From Alphaproteobacteria bacterium (lineage in GTDB: Bacteria > Pseudomonadota > Alphaproteobacteria > Rs-D84), in contig JAFUTJ010000008.1 in the NCBI GenBank assembly GCA_017471445.1, positions 112,382-176,381 on the forward strand: DNA of 64,000 nt. The letters run 5' to 3'. The notes beneath the pieces were generated by a model. It searched no databases. It saw nothing but the letters and a program-made list of their open reading frames with translations, and was not told the DNA's origin. Below, one piece after another: positions 38,452 to 48,569 of this stretch. The translations under genes and the position numbers were made by a program. Position 1 is the stretch's first letter, and each line of letters opens with the position of its first letter.

Positions 38452-38991
38452 ATGTCTGGGGAAAAAATAATCGTATTTATGTGTTGTTCAATTGCATGCA
38501 CCGCAGCAAACGCCGGTGGCCCGTTTACAAATAAAAATAAATTAGGTGATGTCATGATGGTTATGTCCCCGACATATGCATTGGGGATGACGATGATGGC
38601 AAATGATTACATCGGCACATTACAATTGGGTGAATCTGTTATCTTGGCCCAGGCCGCCAGCGAAGGAATAAAAGCATTAAATTTGGAAACGCGACCAAAT
38701 GGTAACGACAAGAAATCATTCCCATCGGGCCATGCCGTTGGCGCGTTTTCTGGTGCAATGTTTGTACATAAACGGTACGGTTGGAAACCTGCGTTGATAC
38801 CATATGGTTTCAGTATAATTGCCGGATGGTCGCGCACAGCGGTGCGTGCGCATTACTGGCATGATGTGTTGGGTGGGGCGGCGGTTTCGGCGTTGTTTAC
38901 ATGGGTACTGGTCGATAAATATATACCAAAAAATGTAACAGTCAGCGCCGATACCGAACATGTGCACGTTGGGTTCCAGACCCGTTTCTAA
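38452..38991 (+). CDS. PAP2-family phosphatase (LpxE/PgpB-like)
   Basis: The PAP2 motifs KSFPSGHA and SRTAVRAHYWHDVLGG, with an N-terminal signal or TM segment. Confidence 0.8.
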   Translation: MSGEKIIVFMCCSIACTAANAGGPFTNKNKLGDVMMVMSPTYALGMTMMANDYIGTLQLGESVILAQAASEGIKALNLETRPNGNDKKSFPSGHAVGAFSGAMFVHKRYGWKPALIPYGFSIIAGWSRTAVRAHYWHDVLGGAAVSALFTWVLVDKYIPKNVTVSADTEHVHVGFQTRF

Positions 38992-39028
38992 CCGCACCAT
39001 ACATAAAACAGAAAATCAAAAACCGATA

Positions 39029-40114
39029 TCAGTTTTCATCGCGAAACAGGCGTGCGGGGTCAACTGTGGCGTTGCCACGTCGAACCTCCATATACATTTC
39101 GGGTCTGTCACTGTTCATGCGACCAACCGGTTCCCCGGCCAGAACGTCTTGGTCTGGTAAAACATCAATCATCCCCAGGTTTGTCATAACAGTATTATAA
39201 CCATTTTTGTGCGACATAATTATAACCTTGCCAAAACCCTTGAAATTATCGGCAAATTTTACGATACCATCTGCCGGGGCGGTAACAATTGCATCGCCAC
39301 GCGTGCGAATGCGCCACCCGTCAGATTTAAGACCCAATGCGGTCTTTTCACCAAATCGTACCGTTATGCGCCCACGCACCGGCAAGTTTAATTTACGTCG
39401 CGAAAAACGTTCGTCTGATGACATTGTTGATGACCCCACGCCGGCAGATAATTCTGATATACTTTTTGCGCGCGCCGACAAATCACGCAATTTTTTCTGC
39501 AAGGCAGATTGTTGTGACTTTAATTTTTCATTTTGCGCACTGCGTGTACGCAATAACTTGTCCAATTCGCTTTTTTCTGTCGCATATTTTTTGGCCGTAC
39601 GATCTAATTTTTCTTTTTCTATCGCGCGCTCGTTACGTATTTGGGTTAATTCATTAATTTGTTTTTTTGCCGTTTGAATTTCACTATCAAAATTTTCGGC
39701 CGCCCCCATCAGTACCGCCGATGTCAAAACGTACTGATGCATATCATCGGTATCAAAGTTTGGATGTGATGCCACAAATAAAATACTGGCCGCGGAATCT
39801 GCAATACGCTGATGATTCTGGTTCATTGTGGCGGTTAATTTATCACGCTGGGCATCTAATTCAGCGATTTTACGCGCAACAGCGGCACGCTGTTCTTCCA
39901 GGGTGCCAACACGACCGGCGGCCGCAACCAATTTTTTTCGCGTGGCCGCAACATCTGCATCCGATGTTTTAACCTGTTGTGCCAATTTTTTATTTTGCTG
40001 TTCTGTTTGTTTTATTTGCGATTGAATTTTTGCCAATTCATTACTGTCCGCCGCAATGGCCGGAACACATATGCTTAACACCCCCAGAAAACAAAATGCA
40101 GACAACTTCATCAT
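39029..40114 (-). CDS. EnvC-like murein hydrolase activator (coiled coil + LytM/M23 domain)
   Basis: Signal peptide, ~230 aa Q/K/A-rich coiled coil, and a C-terminal LytM-like domain (GWRIRTRGDAIVTAPADGIVKFA...IIMSHKNGYNTV). Confidence 0.75.
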   Translation of the reverse strand: MMKLSAFCFLGVLSICVPAIAADSNELAKIQSQIKQTEQQNKKLAQQVKTSDADVAATRKKLVAAAGRVGTLEEQRAAVARKIAELDAQRDKLTATMNQNHQRIADSAASILFVASHPNFDTDDMHQYVLTSAVLMGAAENFDSEIQTAKKQINELTQIRNERAIEKEKLDRTAKKYATEKSELDKLLRTRSAQNEKLKSQQSALQKKLRDLSARAKSISELSAGVGSSTMSSDERFSRRKLNLPVRGRITVRFGEKTALGLKSDGWRIRTRGDAIVTAPADGIVKFADNFKGFGKVIIMSHKNGYNTVMTNLGMIDVLPDQDVLAGEPVGRMNSDRPEMYMEVRRGNATVDPARLFRDEN

Positions 40115-40229
40115 GCGAATATTCTATCAAAAAATGTTGCAAAACGCAATGATGTTACACGCAATTCGCCACCCGGAATCCCCCCAAACATGGGAATAAA
40201 TTCATGCAGATGAATAATCACCGATTAAG

Positions 40230-41444
40230 TTAATCAGTAACAACGACCTTTAAGAATGTTTTTTTACCTTTCTGTACGATGATTTCTGGGGCGCGGGCAA
40301 CAACAAACTTACCATCCGTTATACGGGCACCATTTATTTGGATACCCCCCTGCTCTATCATCCGTCTGGATTCACCGCGGGATGTAAACAATCCTGTTGC
40401 GACCAAAAATTCGGCCACCGGCATATCGCCCGGCATTGAAATGTTTACCGATGGCATGTTTGACATGTCCCCACCACCAAATAGTCCGGTGGCCATTTTT
40501 TCTGCATCGCGCGCCGCATCTGTGCCGTGTGCAATTTCTGTTGCCGAAAATGCCAAAATTTTCTTAACCGCGTTTAATTCTGCGCCTTGGCATTTTGACA
40601 TCTTGTCAATTTCCGCCAATGGAATTTCCGTAAATATTTTCAAGAACTTTTCAACCAATTCATCCGGTATATTGCGAAAATATTGATAATAATCATACGG
40701 GGACAATTTATCTTCGTTGACCCAAATTGCGTTACCAGCAGATTTCCCAATTTTATTACCTGCGGCATCGGTTATTAATGATGTAGACAGAACAAACGCT
40801 TCGCGGCCCAATTTTTTACGGATTAATTCAATGCCCATAATTGCGTTGCCCCATTGGTCGGCACCGCATAATTGCAATATACAACCATACTGTTTATACA
40901 GGGTCAAGAAATCCACCGCCTGAAACGTCATGTAATTAAATTCCAAGAATGTCATGCCGTTTTCCAGGCGACGTTTCACACTTTCCATGGACAGCATGCG
41001 CGGCACGGTAAAGTCGGTACCAAATTGTGCCAAGAAATCAATGTGGCTGTACCCGCGCATCCAATCATAATTATCAACAATAACCGCGTCCGACGCGCCA
41101 TCGCCAAAGTGCAAGAATTTAGAATATGACTTTTTTAATCCGGCAATATTTTTTGCCAATGTTTCTTCGGTCATCATTGGGCGACCGGTATCACGCCCAG
41201 ACGGGTCACCAATGCGCCCGGTTGCCCCACCGACCAACATTAACGGCCTGTGCCCGAATTTTTGCAGCATGCGCATCATCATCACCGGCACCAAGTGTCC
41301 CACATGCAACGAATCCGCCGTTGGGTCAGACCCCAAATATGCCGTAATTTTGCCGTTATTTAATGCATCATTTAATCCCGTCATATTTGATGTTTGGTTA
41401 ATAAAACCGCGCATTTCTAATTCGTGCAATAATTCGTTTTGCAT
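40230..41444 (-). CDS. tyrS: tyrosine--tRNA ligase
   Basis: HVGH (HIGH) motif, KIGKS (KMSKS) motif, and a C-terminal S4 domain. Confidence 0.95.
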   Translation of the reverse strand: MQNELLHELEMRGFINQTSNMTGLNDALNNGKITAYLGSDPTADSLHVGHLVPVMMMRMLQKFGHRPLMLVGGATGRIGDPSGRDTGRPMMTEETLAKNIAGLKKSYSKFLHFGDGASDAVIVDNYDWMRGYSHIDFLAQFGTDFTVPRMLSMESVKRRLENGMTFLEFNYMTFQAVDFLTLYKQYGCILQLCGADQWGNAIMGIELIRKKLGREAFVLSTSLITDAAGNKIGKSAGNAIWVNEDKLSPYDYYQYFRNIPDELVEKFLKIFTEIPLAEIDKMSKCQGAELNAVKKILAFSATEIAHGTDAARDAEKMATGLFGGGDMSNMPSVNISMPGDMPVAEFLVATGLFTSRGESRRMIEQGGIQINGARITDGKFVVARAPEIIVQKGKKTFLKVVVTD

Positions 41445-41513
41445 ATGATTTTCCTTTTACTATTGTGAATGTGATTTTAGCAGAACATCAATCATATTCA
41501 ACGAAAAACATTA

Positions 41514-41774
41514 CTATCGCAAAACCGCGCCCTTTATCATTGTAACGTCTTCTTTGATGCCATCTATTTTCATTTGCAATTGGCCAATGCCCGTTTCCAA
41601 AATGGTTGTACGATTTTCCAATGCGGTTATTCGCGCATCCGCCCGTTCAATATCGGTCAAGGACGAATCTTGGCGGGCAACCCAATAAACCATACCGGCG
41701 ATAAAGGCGATTAAAAACCAACTGTCGCGCAGGGAATCGATTATTCCACGCATATTATTTTTCTGTGACATCAT
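41514..41774 (-). CDS. membrane-anchored coiled-coil protein (phage-cluster)
   Basis: One TM helix (WFLIAFIAGMVYWV) followed by a coiled coil. Confidence 0.4.
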   Translation of the reverse strand: MMSQKNNMRGIIDSLRDSWFLIAFIAGMVYWVARQDSSLTDIERADARITALENRTTILETGIGQLQMKIDGIKEDVTMIKGAVLR

Positions 41775-41971
41775 TAACCACCCTGGCCCCGTGTTATTAA
41801 TGTTTCAATTTTATGCACCAGGGCGCGTTGCCCTTCTAGCATTCTTAATTCTGCGTCGGTTGCGTTTGCGCCCAATACGCGTTCAACCGTCATCCGCCGC
41901 AGGTGCGCCATTACTGCCGCGCCTGATGGTCCGGCAAATGCGCGCGCAAAGCAATTTTCAATATTTTCCAT
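41774..41971 (-). CDS. small phage protein (Bbp19-like?)
   Basis: 65 aa, FARAFAGPSGAAVMAHLRRMT...LEGQRALVHKIETLI. It resembles small proteins found next to portal genes in alphaproteobacterial prophages. The family name is recalled, not verified. Confidence 0.35.
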   Translation of the reverse strand: MENIENCFARAFAGPSGAAVMAHLRRMTVERVLGANATDAELRMLEGQRALVHKIETLITRGQGG

Positions 41972-41990
41972 TTGTTATTTACCCCCATAA

Positions 41991-43226
41991 CTAAATCATA
42001 TTTTCGGCGGCCGCCATTTGCACAATCGGGGCCAAGTATTTTAATTCGGCATCACTGTGCAATGATATATGTTCAATTACCCCGCGCCGTGACAGTATTT
42101 GCAGCCCCCGTGTACACAACGGGCGTATAAATTCATGTAACAATCGCCCATACGTTGCCCCCAGAATGCGCATCATATCACTGTTACGGGCCAATATTTC
42201 CGTTGCGGTCATTTCTTTATCGGTCAACAATCCCAACCGGTCGGCCAACATTGCATGGCGAATGCGTTCCCGCAAATCGTTCAATATTATTTGCGAAACG
42301 TCAAAATCGGCACCACTGGACAATGGGGTCAGGCCCGAACTGCCCACGGCCTTTGGAATAATTGCACCAGGTGTCAGATTAATATTCGCCAGGTTTATTA
42401 CACCATCATCGTCCGCCATCCATATACCAGAAACGGCAATGGTTGCATTTTTTAGTACCAATTCAACAACCTTGTTCGCGGTTTTAATATCTGGCAATGT
42501 GCGCAATACCGGGCCGCGCCCGTACAATTCGCCCGACATTAATGACCAACGGAATATCAGGTACGGGTTTGTGTCAAACGTGCCACGTGCAACGATATTA
42601 TTTTCCATATTACCGCCAACATCCAACCATGCGGTAAAGTCACAATCGTCGCACAGGCATTGCACCATGCGCAATGGCATGTCTGGGTCGTGACGCATTT
42701 TGTCGGCAATGTCGGCGGGCGGTGTCCATGTTGGGTATTTTTCTGTGACATCGCGGGCGGTCATTGTTGTGGTATGAAATATTGCATTTGGCAACACGGC
42801 AATATCGGTAATGGGTATTGCGATAAAGTTAAACGCACTGTCTGCACCAATTGGATTTTCGGCCATGAACATACACGCCGTACCGTAAACAACCAAATCC
42901 ATATAGCATTGATGGACCGTTGTATAAAAATTAGAATCGTTCAGGTGCGCCCGCAATGCCGCCGCCGCGGGTTCTGGGTCGGGGGCAGAATCGCTTTCCT
43001 GTACCAGATTAATCCACAAACTTTCCGGCGGGGTCAGCAATGAATACATTGCCGCGGCCAGGTTATCCGCCGCATCGGCCGCCGTTGCGTCAAACAATGT
43101 TGCCGCATCTGAATCCGACGATGGTATGGTATACCGCCGCGCATCGTCCCAACGGTGAATCCACGGCGCACGCATATCAATTGCACGGCGATACATGCGT
43201 TGTAATTTTTCAATATCATATTGCAT
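41991..43226 (-). CDS. podovirus-type portal (head-to-tail connector) protein
   Basis: LQRMYRRAIDMRAPWIHRWDDARRYTIPSS...AADNLAAAMYSLLTPP parallels T7 gp8 (YERLKNDRAPYETRAQNCAQYTIPS...GLNNLASKLMLALFP). Start moved to MQYDIEKL (43226, RBS AAAGGA). Confidence 0.7.
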   Translation of the reverse strand: MQYDIEKLQRMYRRAIDMRAPWIHRWDDARRYTIPSSDSDAATLFDATAADAADNLAAAMYSLLTPPESLWINLVQESDSAPDPEPAAAALRAHLNDSNFYTTVHQCYMDLVVYGTACMFMAENPIGADSAFNFIAIPITDIAVLPNAIFHTTTMTARDVTEKYPTWTPPADIADKMRHDPDMPLRMVQCLCDDCDFTAWLDVGGNMENNIVARGTFDTNPYLIFRWSLMSGELYGRGPVLRTLPDIKTANKVVELVLKNATIAVSGIWMADDDGVINLANINLTPGAIIPKAVGSSGLTPLSSGADFDVSQIILNDLRERIRHAMLADRLGLLTDKEMTATEILARNSDMMRILGATYGRLLHEFIRPLCTRGLQILSRRGVIEHISLHSDAELKYLAPIVQMAAAENMI

Positions 43227-43260
43227 AACAAAATCCTTTTGGTTTATTTTTAAGTGTTTG

Positions 43261-44106
43261 TTACAGGTTAAATTCTGTATTCGCATAAATTGTCGTGGGC
43301 GTGTTGCATGTTGCACGTACCGGCATCGGGCGGCACGAAATTGCACCGGCAACCGCGTCCAGGCCGTCATCATGCGTTGCACCATTTGGTGTCCACCCAA
43401 TCATTTCGGGCAACAATTGCGTTTTTGTAATCCGTGTATGCGCATGCATGCGTCCAGACCCCAACAGTGGTTCAATCGCATCGCAAATGCGAATTTCTTT
43501 GTTCGTGTGGTTTGACACCGGGTCAATAACAACACCGATGCCGCGGGCGCGGGCAATACTGCGCATTATTTCAGGTAATGTGCCGCCAATACCGTTTGTT
43601 TCAATTGCGATGCGGCGCATTTGATACCGCGACATTAAATTCAGTATTGTTCCGCATTGCCACGTGATTGGCGAAGGGATGTTTTCTGGTGGTGACATAT
43701 ACATTACGTCGTGAATAAATACATGGCGCGATATATCGTCGCGGTACAAGATGACGCAAACACTGCCATCATGACCACGCCCGGCGGACGATGGGTCCCA
43801 ATAAACACATGCCGCATTAATTGGCCAATTGCCAATTCGCGCATGGTCTGAATCAAAATCATCGTCATAAAACTTAATTTTTTCCGGGTCCAGACGAACG
43901 CCATCCATCGGCACAAAATTTAACATCATTTGCGATGAAAAATGTCGTTCACCAACAATCGTGCGAATTTCATTTATCTTGTCGGTCCCAAAAACATCGG
44001 GCCATGTGGGCGTGCCGGCGGCATCCATAATCGGTATTCGCAACACACGATACCCTCGCAAAAAAGGAATTGAAAAACCAATTTTTTCATATACTATATC
44101 AGACAT
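43261..44106 (-). CDS. terminase large subunit, C-terminal nuclease half (split gene)
   Basis: WPDVFGTDKINEIR...FSSQMML, then the RNase-H-like nuclease signatures CVYWDPSSAGRGHDGS, IAIETNGIGG and THDDGLDAVAGA. No ATPase motifs. Its ATG shares the tetranucleotide CATG with the divergent dnaB start. Confidence 0.7.
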   Translation of the reverse strand: MSDIVYEKIGFSIPFLRGYRVLRIPIMDAAGTPTWPDVFGTDKINEIRTIVGERHFSSQMMLNFVPMDGVRLDPEKIKFYDDDFDSDHARIGNWPINAACVYWDPSSAGRGHDGSVCVILYRDDISRHVFIHDVMYMSPPENIPSPITWQCGTILNLMSRYQMRRIAIETNGIGGTLPEIMRSIARARGIGVVIDPVSNHTNKEIRICDAIEPLLGSGRMHAHTRITKTQLLPEMIGWTPNGATHDDGLDAVAGAISCRPMPVRATCNTPTTIYANTEFNL

Positions 44107-45670
44107 GGATTTTACCCCAAAAACTTTACCAACAAATTTAGAAGCGGAACAGGCCGTACTGGCCGCTGTGTTAATGAATAACCGCGCATTGGAACGTGTA
44201 TCGGAATTTTTACGTACCGAACATTTTGCGCACCCCGCACACCAAGAAATCTATAAATTGGCCGAACGTCAATTTGCCGCAGGTATTCCGTTTGACATAA
44301 TTACTGCGAAAAATTATCTGGACCAACAAGGAACACTGGAATCTGTGGGTGGGGTTGATTATTTAACCCAATTGGCCGGGGCCGGCGCAACCGTTGTAAA
44401 CGTTGAACAATATGCGCGAATTGTATGCGAAAATGCAATGCGGCGCGAACTGATTAACCTGGGGCAATCAATTACAGACGCGGCATACATTGAAGATTTG
44501 GACAATCCTGTTTCGCATCAGTTAGAGGTTGCAGAACAAAAACTGTTCGAAATGTCAACCAAAGGTTCGTCCGAGCGCGAAATTGCATCAATCGCCACCG
44601 CATTAAACGAGGCCATGCAGGAGGCCGAGGTTGCATACAAGGCCGACGGTAAATTATCGGGTTTGACAACGGGACTAAACGCGTTGGATGCGGCAATCAG
44701 TGGACTGCACCATTCCGACCTGATTATTATTGCGGGCCGTCCCGGTATGGGAAAAACAACATTGGCCATGAATATTGCGTTTAATGCCGCAAATGCCATT
44801 CTGAACGGGCGGGCAAATGACCGGTATCGTGGCGCGGTTGTATTTTTCAGTTTGGAAATGTCGCAATCGCAATTGGCGGCGCGTGTGTTATCATCGCAGT
44901 CAAAAATTCCGGCATCGTCTATGCGCGAAGGAAATTTGACAGACGAAGATTTCCTGAAAATGTCCCAGTATTCGTCGGCAATTGGGCGCGTACCATTATA
45001 TATTGATGACACGCCCGGCATGTCGGTGCCAATGATTCGTACGCGTGCGCGGCGTTTGGCACGGAAATGTGGCGGGATTGCGTTAATTGTGATTGATTAC
45101 CTGCAATTAATGACATCACCCGGCGGACGGCGCAATGACAACCGTGTCCAAGAATTATCTGAAATAACGCGTGGTCTGAAAGTATTGGCCAAGGAATTAG
45201 ATGTGCCGTTGATTGCCCTGTCGCAATTGTCACGCAGTGTTGAACAGCGTGACGACAAACGGCCACAGTTGTCCGACCTGCGTGAATCGGGTTCTATTGA
45301 ACAGGACGCGGACATTGTTATGTTCACATACCGCGAAGAATATTATTTGCAAAACCGTGACCCATCACAACGCATATCCGGAAATACCAATTCAACAATT
45401 GTTGAAAGTTGGCAAAAACGTTATGACCGTGCCAAGGGCAAGGCTGACGTTATTTTGGGCAAGAACCGTCATGGTCGCACAGATACGTTGCACATGGCAT
45501 TCTTTGGCGATTACAGTTTGTTTGATAACCTGCCGGATGATGTGGGTGACCGTGGCGATGATGGGTATGGCACACCAACAACAAATGCGCCCGCGCAATC
45601 GACCAATATGGGTGACGAAGTGCCCGATTCAATTGATTTAAGTGCGGTGCCGGATGATATGCCGTTGTAA
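44105..45670 (+). CDS. dnaB: replicative DNA helicase DnaB (with acidic C-terminal tail)
   Basis: N-terminus PTNLEAEQAVLAAVLMN, Walker A GRPGMGKTT, and IDYLQLM, ALSQLSR, LRESGSIEQDAD. Start moved to MDFTPKTLP (44105). About 45 extra D/P/G-rich residues at the C-terminus. Confidence 0.9.
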   Translation: MDFTPKTLPTNLEAEQAVLAAVLMNNRALERVSEFLRTEHFAHPAHQEIYKLAERQFAAGIPFDIITAKNYLDQQGTLESVGGVDYLTQLAGAGATVVNVEQYARIVCENAMRRELINLGQSITDAAYIEDLDNPVSHQLEVAEQKLFEMSTKGSSEREIASIATALNEAMQEAEVAYKADGKLSGLTTGLNALDAAISGLHHSDLIIIAGRPGMGKTTLAMNIAFNAANAILNGRANDRYRGAVVFFSLEMSQSQLAARVLSSQSKIPASSMREGNLTDEDFLKMSQYSSAIGRVPLYIDDTPGMSVPMIRTRARRLARKCGGIALIVIDYLQLMTSPGGRRNDNRVQELSEITRGLKVLAKELDVPLIALSQLSRSVEQRDDKRPQLSDLRESGSIEQDADIVMFTYREEYYLQNRDPSQRISGNTNSTIVESWQKRYDRAKGKADVILGKNRHGRTDTLHMAFFGDYSLFDNLPDDVGDRGDDGYGTPTTNAPAQSTNMGDEVPDSIDLSAVPDDMPL

Positions 45671-45736
45671 TTATTTTGCTTGCGTATTTGAACAATTTTA
45701 ATTAAAATTTTGTCAAGATTATCAAGGGAGATTTCC

Positions 45737-46744
45737 ATGGCCCAAGAAGAAATTATATTTCCAAATAACATTCGCAACATCCGCATGAAAAGCGGTATGA
45801 AAATGACCGAATTGGCACGGCGAACGGGGTTGTCTTTGTCGGCGGTTTCCAAGATTGAAAAAGGTGTACGCCGGTTGAACCAAAAACAACTGTTAAACAT
45901 CTGTAACATTTTGGGTTGCAAATTGTCAGACATTTTCATTCATGAATCAGACGCGGTGGCGGACCAATGGCAATCGGAAATCAAGCGCAGATTAAATGAT
46001 AATGAAGACAGCGGTCTGAAAGTATTTGGCAGTGGACTGCGCAAAATTCGGCAAAGCCGTGGCAAGACCATTGCCCAGGCGGCAAAAGATGCCGGCATGA
46101 CGTTAAGCGTGTATCACAAGATAGAGGTTGGTCAACGCGAAGTATATCAAAATGAAATTGAACCGTTGGCAAAATCGTTTGCGTTGTCGGTTGAAAACAT
46201 GTTTGATAAAATCGCGAACCTGTATAAATCTGGCGAATTAAATAAACAGATTAGCAAGGTTAAAGAACGTGTTAAGTCTGTTCTGATTCCGGGCAACCCA
46301 TTGGCCGGTATTGACATGCAAGGCAGTTTATATGGCGCAAAATTGTACGATAGTGCACGCAAAAAACTGATTCCGGTATTTGGAATACCAAATGGAAAAT
46401 CAATTGCATTCCGAAAATCTGACAAAACAATGATTGTTGCACCCGCCGGACTGGAAGGACGCAAAGGTATTTATGCCGTTGTTCCAAATGCCAAGCGCAC
46501 AGATGGTTTTATACCCGAAAAATCATACGTGTTTGCGGATTCAGAAACCGCCGCAGTCACGGGCGATTTGGCGGTTTGTATTGATTCTGATTTTACTGCA
46601 CTGGGGGAAAAGGACACCGCAACGGCACAGATTGTGCGTGTGCGCCAAGATGCCCACGGTAAACAATACGGTCAAATCGTATCACCAGATGAAAAGATTG
46701 TCGCCCCCACAATGCACAAAGTTATCATGATTGTCATGGAATAA
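45737..46744 (+). CDS. repressor-like protein with two XRE-type HTH domains and a degenerate S24/LexA-like C-terminal domain
   Basis: Two HTH units: IRNIRMKSGMKMTELARRTGLSLSAVSKIEKG and LRKIRQSRGKTIAQAAKDAGMTLSVYHKIEVG. The C-terminal beta-rich region has a CI/LexA-like layout but no clear Ser/Lys dyad. RBS GGGAG precedes the ATG at 45737. Confidence 0.6.
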   Translation: MAQEEIIFPNNIRNIRMKSGMKMTELARRTGLSLSAVSKIEKGVRRLNQKQLLNICNILGCKLSDIFIHESDAVADQWQSEIKRRLNDNEDSGLKVFGSGLRKIRQSRGKTIAQAAKDAGMTLSVYHKIEVGQREVYQNEIEPLAKSFALSVENMFDKIANLYKSGELNKQISKVKERVKSVLIPGNPLAGIDMQGSLYGAKLYDSARKKLIPVFGIPNGKSIAFRKSDKTMIVAPAGLEGRKGIYAVVPNAKRTDGFIPEKSYVFADSETAAVTGDLAVCIDSDFTALGEKDTATAQIVRVRQDAHGKQYGQIVSPDEKIVAPTMHKVIMIVME

Positions 46745-46775
46745 TTAATACATACAGACCAGAGAGAGAATATAC

Positions 46776-47450
46776 ATGACCCCAAAAGCCAGCGTTGTCG
46801 CGCAAAAGTTGTTAAATCTGTATCGGCAAGAACACGTTATATTTGGTGGGTGGTCTGCGGTAAATCCAATTTTTGTAAACGAAGCAACCGCAGACGTAAT
46901 TGCCGAAATGCGTAATCTGCCAAATGGAAAAACGTTAATCGCACATATTGAAAATCTGCGCACAGGACGTACCCCAATGAACACCATTGACCGCAGTTTA
47001 TTGCCATATGGCGGATTGATGGACGAAACCGCGGCGACAATTAAACTGACCACCGCAGAAATAACGGAACTGACAAACGGGTTGTCAAACTTTACACCCG
47101 ACCAAGACGGATTGGCGCGAATTCAATCGTTAAACGTTGTTAAAAAATTTGGCGATGAATGGTTGGTTGGTATTCGCGCAGCATTGGCCGAATACCCAGA
47201 ATTAATTGAAAAATGGGCGGTTGTACGTAAAACATATCGTGCATATTATTTATGGAAAGTGGCCAGCGATATGCTGACCACACCAATGTCAGAACGCGCA
47301 CGCGCACAATTACAGGCCGACATGCCAGATTATGAAATGTACCTGCCGATGTTTGGGGACGCAGGAACAGAACTGTTAACAAAACTGCGCACATTTATCA
47401 GCAGTATTAAACACCCAACCGCAAACAACGACGAAGGCGGCACAAATTAA
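46776..47450 (+). CDS. hypothetical protein (cassette gene 3)
   Basis: 224-aa ORF with no recognised motif. Its stop overlaps the stop of the terminase N-fragment at a TTAA (47447-47450). Confidence 0.45.
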   Translation: MTPKASVVAQKLLNLYRQEHVIFGGWSAVNPIFVNEATADVIAEMRNLPNGKTLIAHIENLRTGRTPMNTIDRSLLPYGGLMDETAATIKLTTAEITELTNGLSNFTPDQDGLARIQSLNVVKKFGDEWLVGIRAALAEYPELIEKWAVVRKTYRAYYLWKVASDMLTTPMSERARAQLQADMPDYEMYLPMFGDAGTELLTKLRTFISSIKHPTANNDEGGTN

Positions 47451-48064
47451 TCAGCATCACACGTGCGATAAATCGTGTCACGCGTATGTGGTGTGCCGAT
47501 ATAAATCATTGTACCGGCGGGTGATAATATAAAATCCAATTCACGCAATCTTTCCCGCAGGTCCGCACGTTTTTGTGATGTGTTGCTGGTGTTTGGAACC
47601 TCTATATCATCACAGATTATTAAATCGGCACGCATACCGGTTATATTGCCATGAATACCCTGGCATACCACGGATGGTTCACGAATACCAATTGGGCGGT
47701 TTATTGTTATTCGGTCAGATGACCATTCTTTTTTATTTGACGGCACCAAATCGCGACACATTGGATGGTTTTCAATTATATTACGAATGTGCCCCACCAT
47801 GCGGCACGCCAATGTACTTTCCGCCGATAAAATTAATATGCGTGTTTTGGGGTCGCGCGCCAATACGCACGCGGCAAAAATGCCAACAACGGTTGATTTA
47901 CCAGAATGTCGAAACGCCATTAACAATCCGCGGCGTGGTGGCGTACACAGCGTTTCAACCAAGAAACGCATGATTTGCCGGTGGTGCAATGGTGTTGTTT
48001 GCCCCAGGCATGCATTCCATTCATCCAAGAATCTATAAAACGCCGTAATCATTGCATATTTCAT
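47447..48064 (-). CDS. terminase large subunit, N-terminal ATPase half (split gene)
   Basis: Walker A AFRHSGKST, Walker B ADLIICDDIE, and coupling motif YIGTPHT. It ends 13 residues later. No nuclease domain. Confidence 0.7.
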   Translation of the reverse strand: MKYAMITAFYRFLDEWNACLGQTTPLHHRQIMRFLVETLCTPPRRGLLMAFRHSGKSTVVGIFAACVLARDPKTRILILSAESTLACRMVGHIRNIIENHPMCRDLVPSNKKEWSSDRITINRPIGIREPSVVCQGIHGNITGMRADLIICDDIEVPNTSNTSQKRADLRERLRELDFILSPAGTMIYIGTPHTRDTIYRTCDAD

Positions 48065-48195
48065 TTGGTGCCATGACCGTTATATAAACACAATCCTTTA
48101 TGCAATATGGGCATGTATCGCCATTCATGCAATACGGAACACAAAACGTTCTGACCCAGGTATATAATAATTTATGCATAAAAATCCCCCCCGGG

Positions 48196-48543
48196 TTATG
48201 ACATTAATTCGTCAAAGCGATTAATTAACGATTTTAATATATTCGGTCGCGTGGTTTTTATGTTGCGCAATTTTTCAATATTGCGGCGACGTTTTTCATC
48301 GTATGTTGCGCCCGATTCCGATGCAATGCGCGACAGTACGGCATCGGTTGTCATGCCACGTGTTGCAACGCCACCAGAACCATATTTTGCGCGCTGGGCA
48401 GCGATATTCTTTTTAACCAGGTTTGTTTTCGCCGTTGCGTCCGCAGCCATTTGCGCCAAGATTTGTTGGCGTTGGGTCTTGGCGGTGGATTTATTCTTTT
48501 TATAATCCAATACGTCTGTTACATCTGATACAATTTGTCCCAT
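48196..48543 (-). CDS. small basic coiled-coil phage protein (unknown; small terminase or internal protein candidate)
   Basis: 115 aa, K/R/A-rich, immediately upstream of the TerL N-fragment. Confidence 0.35.
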   Translation of the reverse strand: MGQIVSDVTDVLDYKKNKSTAKTQRQQILAQMAADATAKTNLVKKNIAAQRAKYGSGGVATRGMTTDAVLSRIASESGATYDEKRRRNIEKLRNIKTTRPNILKSLINRFDELMS

Positions 48544-48569
48544 TGTTTTCCCCCATTGTTATTTAATTG

